Of a stretch of 64,000 bases of DNA, positions 1-14,018 are shown piece after piece. Each line of letters begins with the position of its first letter. The first letter of the stretch is position 1. The stretch comes from Eledone cirrhosa. Lineage: Eukaryota. The stretch is from assembly GCA_964016885.1 (NCBI GenBank), contig OZ024745.1, positions 67,022,001 through 67,086,000 of the forward strand. Reading direction: 5' to 3'. The position numbers and the translations under genes are program-made. The notes beneath the pieces are model-generated. The model ran no database searches. It saw only the letters and a list, made by a program, of their open reading frames with translations, and was not told where the DNA came from.

Positions 1-1357
1 GGATAACATAGATAATTTCTAGAAATGGGTGGAGAGGAAGCTATCCCTGAAAGGTCGAGCGGAGGTGGCTAACGCGTACATCGCGTCTGTCATCTGCTAC
101 CGCCTGACCGTCGTACCTTGTCCTAAGCCTCGCCTGACTGCGCTGGAGCGTTTGCTCTTTCGATTTTTGTGGAAGGGACGCGCTCCGATGGTCAGGCGGT
201 CCATCTGTTGTCAACACCCGCTACGTGGAGGGCTGGGCATGCCGTAGCTGATGATGCGCAGGCACGCGCTCAGGCTACGACATCTCCACCTCTTCCTCGA
301 CGGTGATCAGGTGTGGTCGCCGTTTGCTAGACACGTATTTCCCCAGCTCGTTTCCTTGACGGAGCTGCAGTCCTGGGTCAAGCGAAGACCGAGAGGGAGC
401 GCCTGGAGACTGGAATGTCTTCAGGCGCTCACAGCCCTCGACCAATCGGGCAATGTGATCGGTGGAAACTCCACCTCGGCGTTCTATAGAGGATTAGTGG
501 AGGGGAAGAGCGACGACGTACTTGGAGAAACTCTAGGCGTCGACGAAAATCAACTAGCCAATCTCTTCGGAAGAACTTTCGGGCCAGGGCCTATGGACAA
601 CTTCCAGAAATCTCTGGCCTGGCAGTGCTACCGAGGAGCCTTGCCAGTTCGGGATAAACTCTACAGGCATGGAGGTGCCGTCAGCCGGGCATGTCCGAGA
701 TGCGCGCAGGGCGACGAAACCCTCCTGCACGCATTCGTCCAGTGTCCGAAAATTGCTGACTTGTGGGTTTATGTCGAACACCTGCTGTCGCGTGTAGGAC
801 GGATCCGGCTATCATCTGAGTCCATCGTGAGGATTGCCCCGCCCTCCTCCTTTACCCGGGAAGGGCAGGCAGTGTTTATCTGTCTGGTGGCCATGGCGAA
901 AGAGATAGTATGGTGGACACGTTTGAAAGGGCTGAAGACGAGCACTTACCTCTTCGGTGATGCTCTGATTGTCTTTTTCAAATTTCATTTGAAAAGGAAA
1001 ATCAGAGTAGAGAGGGGAGTGCTCTCTTCCCAGCATTTTGTTGAAAGATGGGTGAGAGAAGCAAGAATGGCCCGAGTGAATGGGCCTACTCTGAGTATAT
1101 ATCTGTAAATTAAAGGTGGAAAACTGGGAGAGGGCACTTGCCTTGGTGGTCAGGGTCACTGTGGCCTTTTACTGGGCTTTCTCCACAAATGTCCCTCCGA
1201 AGTCTCCCCCTATTGGGGAATTTTTCATTGTTATTTTTTTGTTACATCCTCTGTTTTTGTTTTTTACACGCAGAAATGCCCATTTGTACCGTCCTGTATT
1301 GTCCTGCACTGTCCTTAATGTCTACTTTATGTAAACCCTTGTGGTTAATAAAGAAAT
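1..1357 (+). mobile_element. L1/Tx1-clade non-LTR retrotransposon, 3' part (ORF2 post-RT region, CCHC zinc finger, 3' UTR); runs off the window start
   Basis: ORFs 29-247 and 251-1108 are one frame broken by TAG at 245-247 (TGG in the second copy). Motifs LSLKGRAEVAN, GGLGMP, CPRC..ETLLHAFVQC. AATAAA near 1347. Near-identical to 55266-56480 on the minus strand. Confidence 0.9.
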
Positions 1358-1372
1358 CATTATTATTATTAT

Positions 1373-2870
1373 TACAGTTGCATTTATCTTGCTTTATGTT
1401 CATACGAGTTATCACCAAGTCACAACCAGTGACCTCATGAGACAACAAGGTCCGCCATGTTCAAGGAAGAACATACATACTCACACATGCATCTTTAGTG
1501 TTTAGACTTGTGATGTACTTATATTGACAGAATCTTCCTTAGTATATGGGCAGTTCTCATTAGTACTATCTTTTGTATTTCTCCTATACGCGGGTTTCCT
1601 GGGATTTGCGATAAGTAATCATTAGACCTCTTAGGTATCATTCCCAGAGCGCCTACAACCACTGGTATTGTTTTAGTTCTCAATTTCCACATTTTTCCAA
1701 TTTCTATCTCCAGGTCCTGAATTTTTCAAATGTTTTTATAGATACATTCTTGTATATTGGAACAGACATATCAATTAGCAGGCATACCCTCTTTTTAATG
1801 TCCTTCAATATTATATCAGGTCTATTTGCATCTATTTTTCGGTCTGTTTGGATGCTAAAGTTCCACAAGATTGAGATGTGATCTTTTTCAAGTATGGGAG
1901 GTGGTTGATGCTCCCACCAATTCTTTTGATGGGGCAGGTCAAAATGCTTACACATTATCCAATGTATGTATTGTGCAGCTCTGTCATGCCTGTTTAGGTA
2001 TTCGGTTGGAGCTATAGGACTGCACATTGAAATTATATGGTCAATGGTCTCTGGTTGTTTTTTGCATACACGGCATAATGGGCTGCATCCATTTTTTATT
2101 ATGTTGGCTTGGTAATTTTTTGTTGGCAGACACTGATCAGTCCTTCAGCCTCCGATTTCAGTCCAGAGGATGCCAACCACTGATGGGTTAAAGTTTTGTC
2201 AACATCAGGATTGTTAGCTCGCTCTGGGTATTTTCCATACAGAGGCTTTTCTTGCCATTTCTTAGCCAGTTTCTGTAGCAGTTCTTTCTTTGCAGTTACT
2301 TTTACCTGCTTTGCTTTTTCTGTGTTTTCCATTTCAGCAGTAAATGGGACTTCTGAAATTTGTAGTCCATTACTGTATCTTTGTGCATCTTTTGTAATGG
2401 AATATGATCTTTTGATGTTTTCGTGTTTCAAAACGAGTTTGATCATCCAATCATGTGATTCCCTTAGATATGTAGATAATCCAATTGTTGCAGTTTTCAA
2501 CGCAATGTCTAACTGGATTAACCCACGTCCTCCTTCTTTCCTAGGGAGATATATTCTATCTATATCTGCCTTAGGGTGATGCATTCTGTGCATGGTTAAG
2601 AATTTTCGAATTTTTGTATCGAGCCTACGGATCTCTGTGCTTGACCAGTTGATGACATTGTAACTGTAGGTTACTACTGGTATGGCAAGCGTGTTTATGG
2701 CATCGATCCTATTCCTTGCATTCAATTCCGTTCTTAAGATTGCTCTTACTCTGCGGTAACATTCCTTTCTCATCCTTTCCCTCATTGTCGAGTGCTTGAT
2801 TCCGTCTCCTTCACAAACACCTAGATATTTGTAAGTTTTTTCTTGATCAAGTTCTCTTATCACGTTCCCC
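1373..2870 (-). mobile_element. R4/Dong-clade LINE family 1, 5'-truncated decayed copy
   Basis: YKYLG, HHPKADIDRIYLPRKEGGRGL, RPDIILKD..LIDMSVP (PD-D/ExK restriction-like endonuclease). Small deletions near 1717 and 2137 relative to the copy at 51492-53060. (TTA)n on both sides. Confidence 0.92.
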
Positions 2871-2904
2871 TTATTATTATTATTATTTTTATTATTATTA
2901 TTAT

Positions 2905-3070
2905 AGGGCGGTAGAGGGTCGGACCCCATGCTTTGCAGCATAAAGTTACGTTCTGGTGTACAAATCACGCCGAGGTTAACTTTTCCTTTAACCTTACGGG
3001 GTCGATAAAATAAAGTACCAGTAATGTACTGAGATAATTGCTCGCCTTGTGGCAAAAGTAGAAACAATTA
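2905..3070 (+). mobile_element. tRNA-derived SINE family A, internally deleted copy
   Basis: Shares ccttacggggtcgataaaataaagtaccag...agtagaaacaatta with about 10 other copies in the window. Confidence 0.8.
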
Positions 3071-3914
3071 TTAACAGCTAGAACAGGATCTCAAAAACTA
3101 TCTCTTCTCTTCAGAATCAGGCATTATCTCCCTTCAACAATTACAGTGACCTATAAAGTGTAAATAAGACCTACAATTGAATATTGCTCTCATATATATG
3201 ATGATGTTGCTAGAGCACACATGGATTTCATAAACCATGTAGAGAGAAATACCCCAGGTTGACTAGTAGGTTGGGATTCACAGACAAGCTCAAGCCACTA
3301 CATTATAGCCATGATGTCTCCTAATTTTACTTATTCTACTGCGCCTATGATGGTTTCAGTTCTTCCTAGATGCCTGTTCTTGATCCTTATCCTATCAGGC
3401 AATCCCGGTTCTATCTTCTCCAATCATTTCATTAAACTACGATCAACGTTAATATCGACGCTCAATTTCTCCATTAAAATAGCATTATTCTAGAATTATA
3501 TCTCTGTTCATGTATTTACGACAGTCATTGACAACAACAGTTTAAGGTTTAAGCCGAATATTCATTACATTAACAACCCCGCTCTCCTTAGACCACTCAT
3601 TGGTGCTAACACTTATAGCAGATCTTAAGTAGAAAATAAAAAAATATAATATAAATTCCATTAGGATTTGATGCAAAGTGTGAACATAAGATAAGGTGAG
3701 TATTAAATCACTCTACACAACCGAGTTAAACAGTATGTCCCTGTTTAAGTATATATATATTATTTTAGTACAATGACAAAATTCACTCGAATTCAAAATA
3801 GAAGTTGATAAGATATAAACACTGTGGCCATACAGTTGCTTCTGATACGGCTCTCTTGAAAGCGTTTCTGTGGTAGCTATCCTCACTAGACTCTCTGAAA
3901 TATGTGTGCAAAAT

Positions 3915-3928
3915 AGAAGAAGAAGAAG

Positions 3929-3959
<31 letters not shown>

Positions 3960-3971
3960 GTAGTAGTAGTA
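3915..3971. repeat. (GAA)n then (GTA)n microsatellite
   Basis: Direct reading. Confidence 0.95.
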
Positions 3972-4077
3972 GTTCACTTCTGTATTAATTGGGTTTTTTT
4001 CAGACATCAGCAACACATCTCTAACGTTTACTTTGAAGTCTCTGGGACCTCTTTGATCCTTACGATCATTTGATCAT

Positions 4078-4423
4078 TATATGTTAGTGATAGCATATGT
4101 TAGACTAGCATAGTTACGCATGGTCTGAGTTCAAATCCCGTCGAGGTTAATTTTGCCTTTCATCCTTACGGGGTCGATAAATAAAGTACCAGTAATGTAC
4201 TGGGTATTGGCTGGCCTTGTGCCAAACGTAGAAACAATTATATGTTAGTGATATCATATGTTAGAGCAGCATAGTTACGTCCCTTTATGGTCTGAGTTCA
4301 AATCCCGTCGAGGTTAATTTTGCCTTTCATCCTTACGGGGTCGATAAAATAAAGTACCAGTAATGTACTGGGTATTGGCTGGCCTTGTGCCAAAAGTAGA
4401 AACAATTATATGTTAGTGATAGC
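4078..4423 (+). mobile_element. Two tandem 5'-truncated SINE A copies bounded by a thrice-repeated flank
   Basis: tatatgttagtgata at about 4078, 4239 and 4407 brackets two SINE bodies with B-box gagttcaaatcc. Confidence 0.85.
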
Positions 4424-4677
4424 TGCGTTGTCTTTGTTGTGAGGAGGGTGTAATGGGGGAATTAGCTTTGATAGTGGCGTCTGAAAGATCAATGTTCATG
4501 TATGCAAGCATATATGTCTTCGTACGCGTTTGTTATTGTGTGTTTTATATAATGCGTATCTGTGTGCTTGTGTTGGCGTATTTAACTGTGGAGGTGGTGC
4601 GTTTTTATTTTGGTAAACGGCCATGTTTGTGTGTCAATATGCATGCGTGTACGAATGTATTGCTACACTATTTGATT

Positions 4678-4716
<39 letters not shown>

Positions 4717-5465
4717 TCTAATTGTTTATTTTCCTATCAAATGTGTCGGATAAATTTAGCAATGCTAGAAACAGATAACGATTCAGGCTGTTGATGAGGG
4801 TGATTCATTGAAGTATATTGTTTATATTTAATCGGATTTAACATGAAGAACCATTGTCAATTTATAGTTATCTGTGTGTGTGTGAGTTGCTATGTGTGAG
4901 TGTGTTCGTCTGTGCCAGCGTGTGTGTGCGCATGGCAATCTGTCTATACGCATATCTACCTGTTGTGTGCACGTGCACAGGTGCGTGCCAATTTACCTGA
5001 CCATCTACATATGTTCTAATACGTTTATACAGATACATTCGCACACTCACTCACTAACGCGCAAACACACACATATATATATATATATATATGATGTGGA
5101 ATGTGATATATGTGATAAGGCTATTTTTTTTGCTATTACTTTCGTCCTAATATTCCCTTCTTCAGAGGATAAGGAAATCTAATTCTAAAGAGTAGAAACG
5201 GGACATTTTATTGCATAGTTTACCTTATTACATATATCACTTTCCACATTATATATTATATACAATCTTTCAATCAATATATTACGTTCAGTACTTTAAT
5301 TCATTTTTGCATCATCGTTTACCAACCCGAACCACTAAACAGCCAAACATGAATGATATATATATATATATTGAAGAACGACGAAGGTGAAACAATTGTT
5401 CTCGGTATGGTGAACTAACTGTTGTGTAACCATTTCTATATATTAATATATATATATATAGTGAA

Positions 5466-5650
5466 TGTGCGTGGCTGAATGGTTAGAGAACTGAATTCGC
5501 AGTAGTGAGGCTGTGAGTTCGATTCCCGGACCGGGTGATACGTTATGTCCTTGAACAAGATAATTTTTTCACGTTGCGACCGATAGATAGTATTGGAAAG
5601 ACCAATGGAAACATTGTTTCCTCGGTCCGATTTGACGAAGGTCGATCGAC
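5466..5650 (+). mobile_element. tRNA-derived SINE family B (CORE-like), degenerate
   Basis: A-box-like gtggctgaatggttag, B-box gagttcgattcc, gtccttgaacaaga; related to 14104-14310, 59196-59476 and 60385-60508. Confidence 0.7.
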
Positions 5651-6196
5651 TGTGTGTGTGTCGTTGTTGTGATATATGTATGGCCAGTTCCTTCGATCAA
5701 TTTTCTTGGTGTAACACATTTTTTTACCAAACTCTCCTCCTCCTTAATATTTTTTTACTTTTCTCTCCATTGAATAGAACTTTCTGTACTTTCAGCTACA
5801 ACATCGGTTTATACCTAATATATATCTAAATTATTTCTGAAAACTGGGTTGTAAATGCTTTTCGAAATATTTTTTATTAGTTTCAGAAGATCCCGTAAAG
5901 GGTGAAGGGTGAAAGCAGCGATTCTTTGCTTAAACATTAATCTGTTCTTATAATAAATATATATATATTTATCACTTATTTTTATTCATTTATTTTGTTT
6001 TGACCTGTTTAGCTTAATTTGGTTTTTGGCTTAGGTGGTTAATGCTTTTTTTACCGCCTTTTCAGTTTTGCATGGCTTCTTAACTATTAGCTCTGGTTTT
6101 TAACTATTGAGCACTTTGCCAGGATCATTTCTGATTTTTGCGTTTCGCTTCGCTTTTCCTGTCCGCCGAAAATGCGATTCTCGCTGAATCTTTATT

Positions 6197-6241
<45 letters not shown>

Positions 6242-6492
6242 TTATATACACACATATATATATATGTGTGTGTGTGTATAAATATGTATATATATATATA
6301 TATATATATTTCGTTTCTGAATTTGTTTAGCAAAATTCTTTATCTGAAAACGTGTGTTGAAACCGATATTGTTATACTTTGGGAGGGTCATGTTGCCAAT
6401 AAGAAACACACGCACCAGTTGCTTTCACTCCAATTTATTATAAATTTCCTGTTGGTTGGTTGGTTCCACAACCAGACGGTTGTTCATATATT

Positions 6493-6535
6493 GTCAAAGT
6501 TCTTTCGTCACACAATCTGTGACCTCGTCAGTGAC
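6493..6535 (-). ncRNA. Minimal type I hammerhead ribozyme motif
   Basis: gtca CTGACGA ggtcacagattgtgtgac GAAA gaac TT tgac: 4-bp stem I, paired stem II, very short stem III. Confidence 0.6.
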
Positions 6536-6638
6536 TGGGGATACTTTTCTTTGTTTTTTTTTGTTTTGTGCGTCTTCTTTGTTCTGTCCTACGCCATCTT
6601 TGTTTTTGTGTAGCACAAAACAAAGAAAAGAATCCCCA

Positions 6639-6681
6639 GTCACTGAAGAGGTCACAGAATGTGTGACGAAAGAACTTTGAC
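6639..6681 (+). ncRNA. Minimal type I hammerhead ribozyme motif (mirror copy)
   Basis: gtca CTGAAGA ggtcacagaatgtgtgac GAAA gaac TT tgac. Confidence 0.6.
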
Positions 6682-6883
6682 AATATACGAACAACCGTCC
6701 GGTTGTGGAACCAACCAACCAACTAGAAATTTATAAATTTATAAATTTAATTTATAATAGATTGGAGTGAAAGCAACTGGTGCGTGTGTTTCTTATTGGC
6801 AACATGACCCTCCCAAAGTATAACAATATATATATATATATATATATATAGATAGATATATAGATATATATTTACATATATAT

Positions 6884-6946
6884 AAACAAACTCGCATGCA
6901 TACATATAAACACAATTATATACGGGGATATTCAATCATACCTCAC

Positions 6947-7027
<81 letters not shown>

Positions 7028-7269
7028 CGGGGGTGCATGTGTGCATCTGTGCATGTTTTCGTGTCCGTGTGTTCGAATATGTGCGTGTGTGATTCTGATT
7101 GTAACGGATTCTGTCCCACAGTTCAATAAATTATTTCTGAGAATTGGGTTATACTTAATCTCCAATTATTATTGCTCTCATTATATTACCCATTGTGTGT
7201 GTGCGTGTGTGGTACGATCGAATATCCCCGTATATAATTGTGTTTATATGTACGCATGCGAGTTTGTTT
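6884..7269. repeat. About 75-bp inverted repeats around a roughly 230-bp spacer
   Basis: aaacaaactcgcatgc...ggggatattc (6884-6960) pairs with gaatatccccg...gcatgcgagtttgttt (7194-7269). Confidence 0.85.
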
Positions 7270-7276
7270 CTATATA

Positions 7277-7308
<32 letters not shown>

Positions 7309-7468
7309 GTGACGAAACATAAGTCAATTGCATGAACTCATAATCCTTTATTTACTGCTATATATATTTCGATGATAGCCATTGAATGGCTATGACCTCA
7401 TTAGGCACATAGTCAGTTCTTAGATATGCCAGCTCTGTGTTTATAGTGTTGATGTTATCAGAGCCTTG

Positions 7469-7532
<64 letters not shown>

Positions 7533-7543
7533 TATATAGATAT

Positions 7544-7588
<45 letters not shown>

Positions 7589-8424
7589 CGAAGGAAATGT
7601 GGTAAGGAACCAGGTGGACCATAACGCACCAAAGTACTCAATACTTGAGGTAGTAGAGTGGGTAATAGGAACCAGTAAGACCCCGACAGCTGAGCTCAAG
7701 CCGTTTCGACGGCTAATTCTGGACTAAATGAAAATTTATCCTGGTATTTAAATAGCCGATCTTCTCAATGGGTAATTCCATATATGGTCAAAGTGATTGT
7801 CAAAAATCAGTAGTAATTCTGTGGTTGCAAATTAGTAGGGGAGATGGTGGCTAAACCTGCCAGTAGGAGAAAGAGGGGAGGGGGTGGAGTAGACCCAATC
7901 AAGCGTTGGTAGTGCCAGCTACAGCTGGGAATGAGGTCAAAGAAGATACAGGGGAGGGGGAGGGGGAGGAAGTCGGAACGGTAGGTAGAACAATGGGGGT
8001 AGAAATATATAAGAAAAGAAAAAATACTGAGAGTGAAGAAAAGCAAATAAGTGTAAAGAAAAAAGTAAAGTAAATTAAATTCTACGACCTAGGTCTCAGG
8101 CTATTGTTAGGCTAGAATAAAATAAAGAAAGAAAGAAAGAAGTAAAGAAATAAATAAATAAAGAAATAACGAAATAAGTAAAAGAACTAGGTGGGACGGA
8201 ATAGGCAAGGACCCTTTTAAGAGGTATAAGTACGTAAATGATACGGTGACGGGTCAACAAAAGGGGCCAAAATACTAAAGAGACTACCACGAAATAAACA
8301 ATAAAGGTTTCCATCCCGGGCCAGCAACGACCCAGTGCAGCAAAGTGAACTTGTACGAGATAATAATTCTGATTCCCGAGAAAAATATATACTAATGCTA
8401 ACTCTAAAAGATCTAAAACAAGCT

Positions 8425-8705
<281 letters not shown>

Positions 8706-8829
8706 CGTAAACATTGATGCAATTCAATTCAACCACTCAACGTACTTTTTTCCACATAGGAGTGACGGAGTAAATATCGAATAAGGAAAAGCGAAGTAGT
8801 TTCAGATGTTCAAGTCCTTTAATAATAAT

Positions 8830-8903
8830 GCTGTGATATATATTTCAATGACGACACTGGCCACACTGTTCTGTGTGCGAGTGTCGTGTCATCATCAGAC
8901 AGC
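8830..8903 (-). ncRNA. Type I hammerhead ribozyme motif
   Basis: gctgt CTGATGA tgac-acgacact...agtgtcgt-catt GAAA tatata TC acagc: perfect 5-bp stem I, palindromic stem III, AUC site; base of stem II imperfect. Confidence 0.75.
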
Positions 8904-8989
8904 TTGTTACATAATAAGGTTATGTTTCCGAGGCAATCCAAATTGAATCGACATGGGAACGGATGAAGTTCGTGCTTTGGGGTTTTTCA

Positions 8990-9152
8990 TCGGGAACGGA
9001 TGCTTTGGCGCATAGAGCTACGGCCCTTGCCATTCTGAGTTCCAATCCCGCCCAGGTTAACTTTGCCTTTCATCCTTACGGGGGTCGATAAAATAAAGTA
9101 CCTGTAATGTACTGGGATAATTGCTGGCCTTGTGCCAAAAGTAGAAACAATT
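8990..9152 (+). mobile_element. SINE family A
   Basis: ctttgcctttcatccttacgggggtcgataaaataaagtacc core and 3' tail. Confidence 0.85.
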
Positions 9153-9740
9153 ATATTATCCATATATAGTGTCTAAGTGATTATTGTTACCTCAGTCTTT
9201 TTTCTTCCTCCAGGAGTTCGATCTGCTTTTCAAAGAATTCGGAAATTGTCGCTGTATGGGATCATGTTATTGTGTGTATATAGGATATCTATTCTAACAT
9301 AGTTTAACGGCATCTCGTGTTGGCAAAGTCCAAAGACTCGGTCTGGTTTCTTATGCCTGCAGCAATCTTGAATCTTGCTAATCTCTTCTATTATACTCTA
9401 TATAATTCAGAAGTTTGTTGTACTGTATTTCTCCTGCTTTATACAAATTTCCAGGCGATATAATGTTATACTAGTTTTGCAGTTTTTTTCTGTGACTAGT
9501 TTTGTAAATTCTACTACATCGATTGGTAAAATATCCCTAAAACTAAGACCAATTTCATTTTTGGTTTCGTTTTCACATTTTGATTTATATATTCCAATTA
9601 GCAAAACAATTTTTGCCTACAATATTGAGTGTATTATATTGTAACTAAATTATATATATATACATTTATATATCTATATATGCACTACACACACAATGCA
9701 CACACATATACACATATATATACATGTGTATATGTGTGTG

Positions 9741-10795
<1,055 letters not shown>

Positions 10796-10822
10796 ATTCA
10801 TTTATTTATTTATATATTTATT

Positions 10823-10864
<42 letters not shown>

Positions 10865-11007
10865 ATATAATTTAATATAATAAAGAGAGATAAACACAAA
10901 TATATACATATATGTGTTCAAATCATAAGAGACCAGATTCGCTAGGCTATTTTAGTTGTAAGGGACTATTCTGAGTTTCTAACTCAATTTATACTTTTGA
11001 TATATAT

Positions 11008-11054
<47 letters not shown>

Positions 11055-11140
11055 CTATGGTGCAGACTCTGAGGAATCTACTAATCATGTAAGTACTCAA
11101 TATATCGGAAGATGCAGTGGGGATAGCGATGTTACATATT

Positions 11141-11260
<120 letters not shown>

Positions 11261-12718
11261 TGTGCGTGTGTATATATATATATATACCATAAATCATAAT
11301 TTGATATAATATTATATAATATAAAAAATAGGGAAGCGCATGTATTGCAAGTGTATGTGGCGTTGACAGTGAACGTGTAAGCATATATATGCATATGCTT
11401 TCATAAAAGCCTGAGAGCAGCAGTAGTGGCTGAAGTTGTAGTATAGCTGTAGTGATTTGGTACATGTTAGTGTGTGTGTTAGCTTACACTGCATCAGCTG
11501 CCATGGTGAGACGCATTTGTCTCTTTCAAGTATACCTGGTAATGAACTGTGATAATGCGTATGTATGTAAGTGCGTATATTATGATAATGCTTGTAAATA
11601 TGAGCATATATGTATTAGTGTTTGTGTGGAGTGTAGATATGGAATAGTGTTTGTGTGTGCCTTTCAAATGCAACTGTATCTATGGGTAGTGTAGGTGTTG
11701 ATGTGCAGTTTTGATTGTGTGTTTGCTATGTATGTGACATGTAAAAAGATGTGGAAAGACGGTATTCGCTTATTGTGCATGTGTGGATTGGAATATGATA
11801 TTTAATTGTGTAGTGTCTTTTATCGATTTGTAAATTCATGTACTAGTAGTTTGTTTAAATAATGTGTTTGAAATTCATATGCGTGTATAAAGCGTATTAT
11901 GTATGCGTGCGTGATAGGAATAATGTATATAGGGCATAGACTAGGTTGTTAAGTTTACATACATATGTGGTATATACTTTGGACAGAGGATTGAGTTAGG
12001 GAAGTGTTTAATGAAACATACAGTTAGTAAGAATTGAACCGTATTCAAGACGCGCGCACACTCACGCACACGCACACACATATATACTAGCGTACTACCC
12101 GTAAAAATTGATGGGGTTTAGAGTAAAGAATATTTGATTTTATCATTCTTTTATTACGATTTTCTTTGTGAATATACTTGACCTTCTCCTTCTTGTCCTA
12201 CCAGCCCTCGCTTTGTTTTATTTTACATTCACTTAAATCAATTACAATAATTAAATCCATATTTTCTTTAATCATTATCTGACATAAATCCACTAAATTA
12301 CGATGTCTTTCTTCTACCTATGAATATATCAATCTATTTGTCTGATGTGTCTCTATCTTCTGTCTGCTATTGGGATTTCGACTTTCAAGTTATTATTGTT
12401 ATTCTTATCGTTGTGTATTCAAACTACAGAATCAAATAAATCATGTTTAACAATAAGAGAAGAGAAAAGGATGAATTAACAGTTCATTCATTGTTCCCAA
12501 TTCTTTTCAACTAAGAAGATGAGAGTGTACACATTAACAGTTGGTGTAAAAGCAAATCCAAACGTAAATCGAAACGTATCATCCCCTGACTTCGTTCACT
12601 AACGAATGATCTTTTAAAGAATTAGAGCCTGCCAATAGGAAATGTATTTTGAAGCTGGTGCTATGCATTTACCTTTATAACTTCGATTAGCGGGCACATT
12701 TATATATATATATATATA

Positions 12719-13200
12719 TTTCGTATCTCCAAAGAAATACGGTATTAGGAAGCCGTACTATGCAAACACTGGGGGCCTAACACCCTCTGGTCATGTCCAG
12801 CAGAATCAAGGGGGACAACCGTCTATGCATTTCAGGCTTAACTGACCATTGTCAGGACGGTCCCTCTCCCCGCTTGCGACTGCTGGACTAGAATACAGGC
12901 GATAATATATAGTTTTCTCGTCTGTGTAAATGAGGTGATTAATCTCATTTGCATATGAAGCTGCATAAGTTGGCTCAACTTATAAATAGGATTTCGCTTC
13001 AAGCATAGCTTTATACAATATGTATAAATATTTCGCATCTCCAAAGAAATAGGATTTCGCTTCAAGCATAGCTTTATACAATATGTATAAATATTTCGCA
13101 TCTCCAAAGAAATACGGTTTTAGGAAGCCGTAGCCTTGCTTCTGCTGGACATCACCAGAGGGCGTTAGCCCCCCGGTGTTTGCATAGCTACGGCTTCCTA
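12719..13200. repeat. Composite direct plus inverted repeat element
   Basis: Direct repeat 12719-12758/13094-13132; 12747-12812 inverted at 13133-13200; internal 63-bp tandem duplication at about 12985-13110. Confidence 0.85.
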
Positions 13201-13447
13201 AAGATTAATCATTTTAAAAGGTATCTATATTTGAAGTTCTAGTCAAACTTTAATTAGTTACTACCTAGCTATGTGTGCTTACATTCTTTACAAATTATTC
13301 CCTGTGATTGTTTCATGTATTTATTTCATATATATATATGTCAATCTATTTCTAGTTGATATGTAATGCTCGGATCTACTCTTTGAACTTATTCTACGGT
13401 GGATATGGCGCATGTCTCTCAGACATGACAACCCTTAATTTTAATTT

Positions 13448-13484
<37 letters not shown>

Positions 13485-13519
13485 TTTGAAACAGTGAGCG
13501 AGTTTGGAATTAAAAATAT

Positions 13520-13847
13520 AAGCTTTCACCGTATTTTTTACTAAAGACATTTTTAGCCTCATAGTGGGGTTTAGAACCCCCAGAGAAATGGAAAAAAATG
13601 AGTATTGACGTACATGGGAGTCGAACCCACATCTTTGGTTATCCAGACCACTGTGCTACCATTACACCAACACATCATCCGGTGATGTGTTGGTGTAATG
13701 GTATAATGGTAGCCCAGTGGTCTGGATAACCAAAGTGTGGGTTCGACTCCCATGTACGTCAATACTCATCTTTTTCCATTTCTCTGAGGGTTCTAAACCC
13801 CACTATCAGGCTAAAAATTTCTTTAGTCAAAAATACGGTGAAAGCTT
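13520..13847. repeat. About 160-bp-arm hairpin containing a tRNA-like head
   Basis: Arms are reverse-complementary around 13680; A-box-like tggtgtaatggt and B-box gggttcgactccc; related fragment at 36867-36960. Confidence 0.9.
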
Positions 13848-14018
13848 TATATAGTGAAATAAATATGGTTTTATAAATATAGTTTCCATTTATTTAATAT
13901 CGTATATCTACTCCAAAAACTTGTCGAGTGCTTTATATCAGTTATAAAATATTTACTTGTTGTATCCCAACAATTTTAAATAGAAATTTTGCATATATAT
14001 ATATATATATATATATAT

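Larger units (their letters stand above)
6366..6829. repeat. Foldback inverted repeat of a PLE-type terminal repeat
   Basis: 6366-6560 is the reverse complement of 6615-6829, centre near 6611. Same family as 17381-17612, 19606-19850, 23565-23665 and 32110-32210. Confidence 0.9.

Noticed and set aside
2871-3067. N-terminus of the 322-aa ORF 2099-3067
   Set aside because: Chance read-through of an antisense SINE and (TAA)n into the truncated Dong frame
5880-5925. HHR-like agatccc..gggtgaaagcagc (also 21855-21890)
   Set aside because: Core mutated in both copies and no UH cleavage site; counted only as a relic
7695-7775. HHR-like gagaaga-tcggcta...tagccgtc-gaaac on the minus strand
   Set aside because: Core lacks CUGA and stems I/III do not close
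13690-13760. tRNA gene
   Set aside because: A/B boxes are present but I see no convincing cloverleaf, and it is embedded in a repeat hairpin; the same applies to SINE heads at 19132 and 59196
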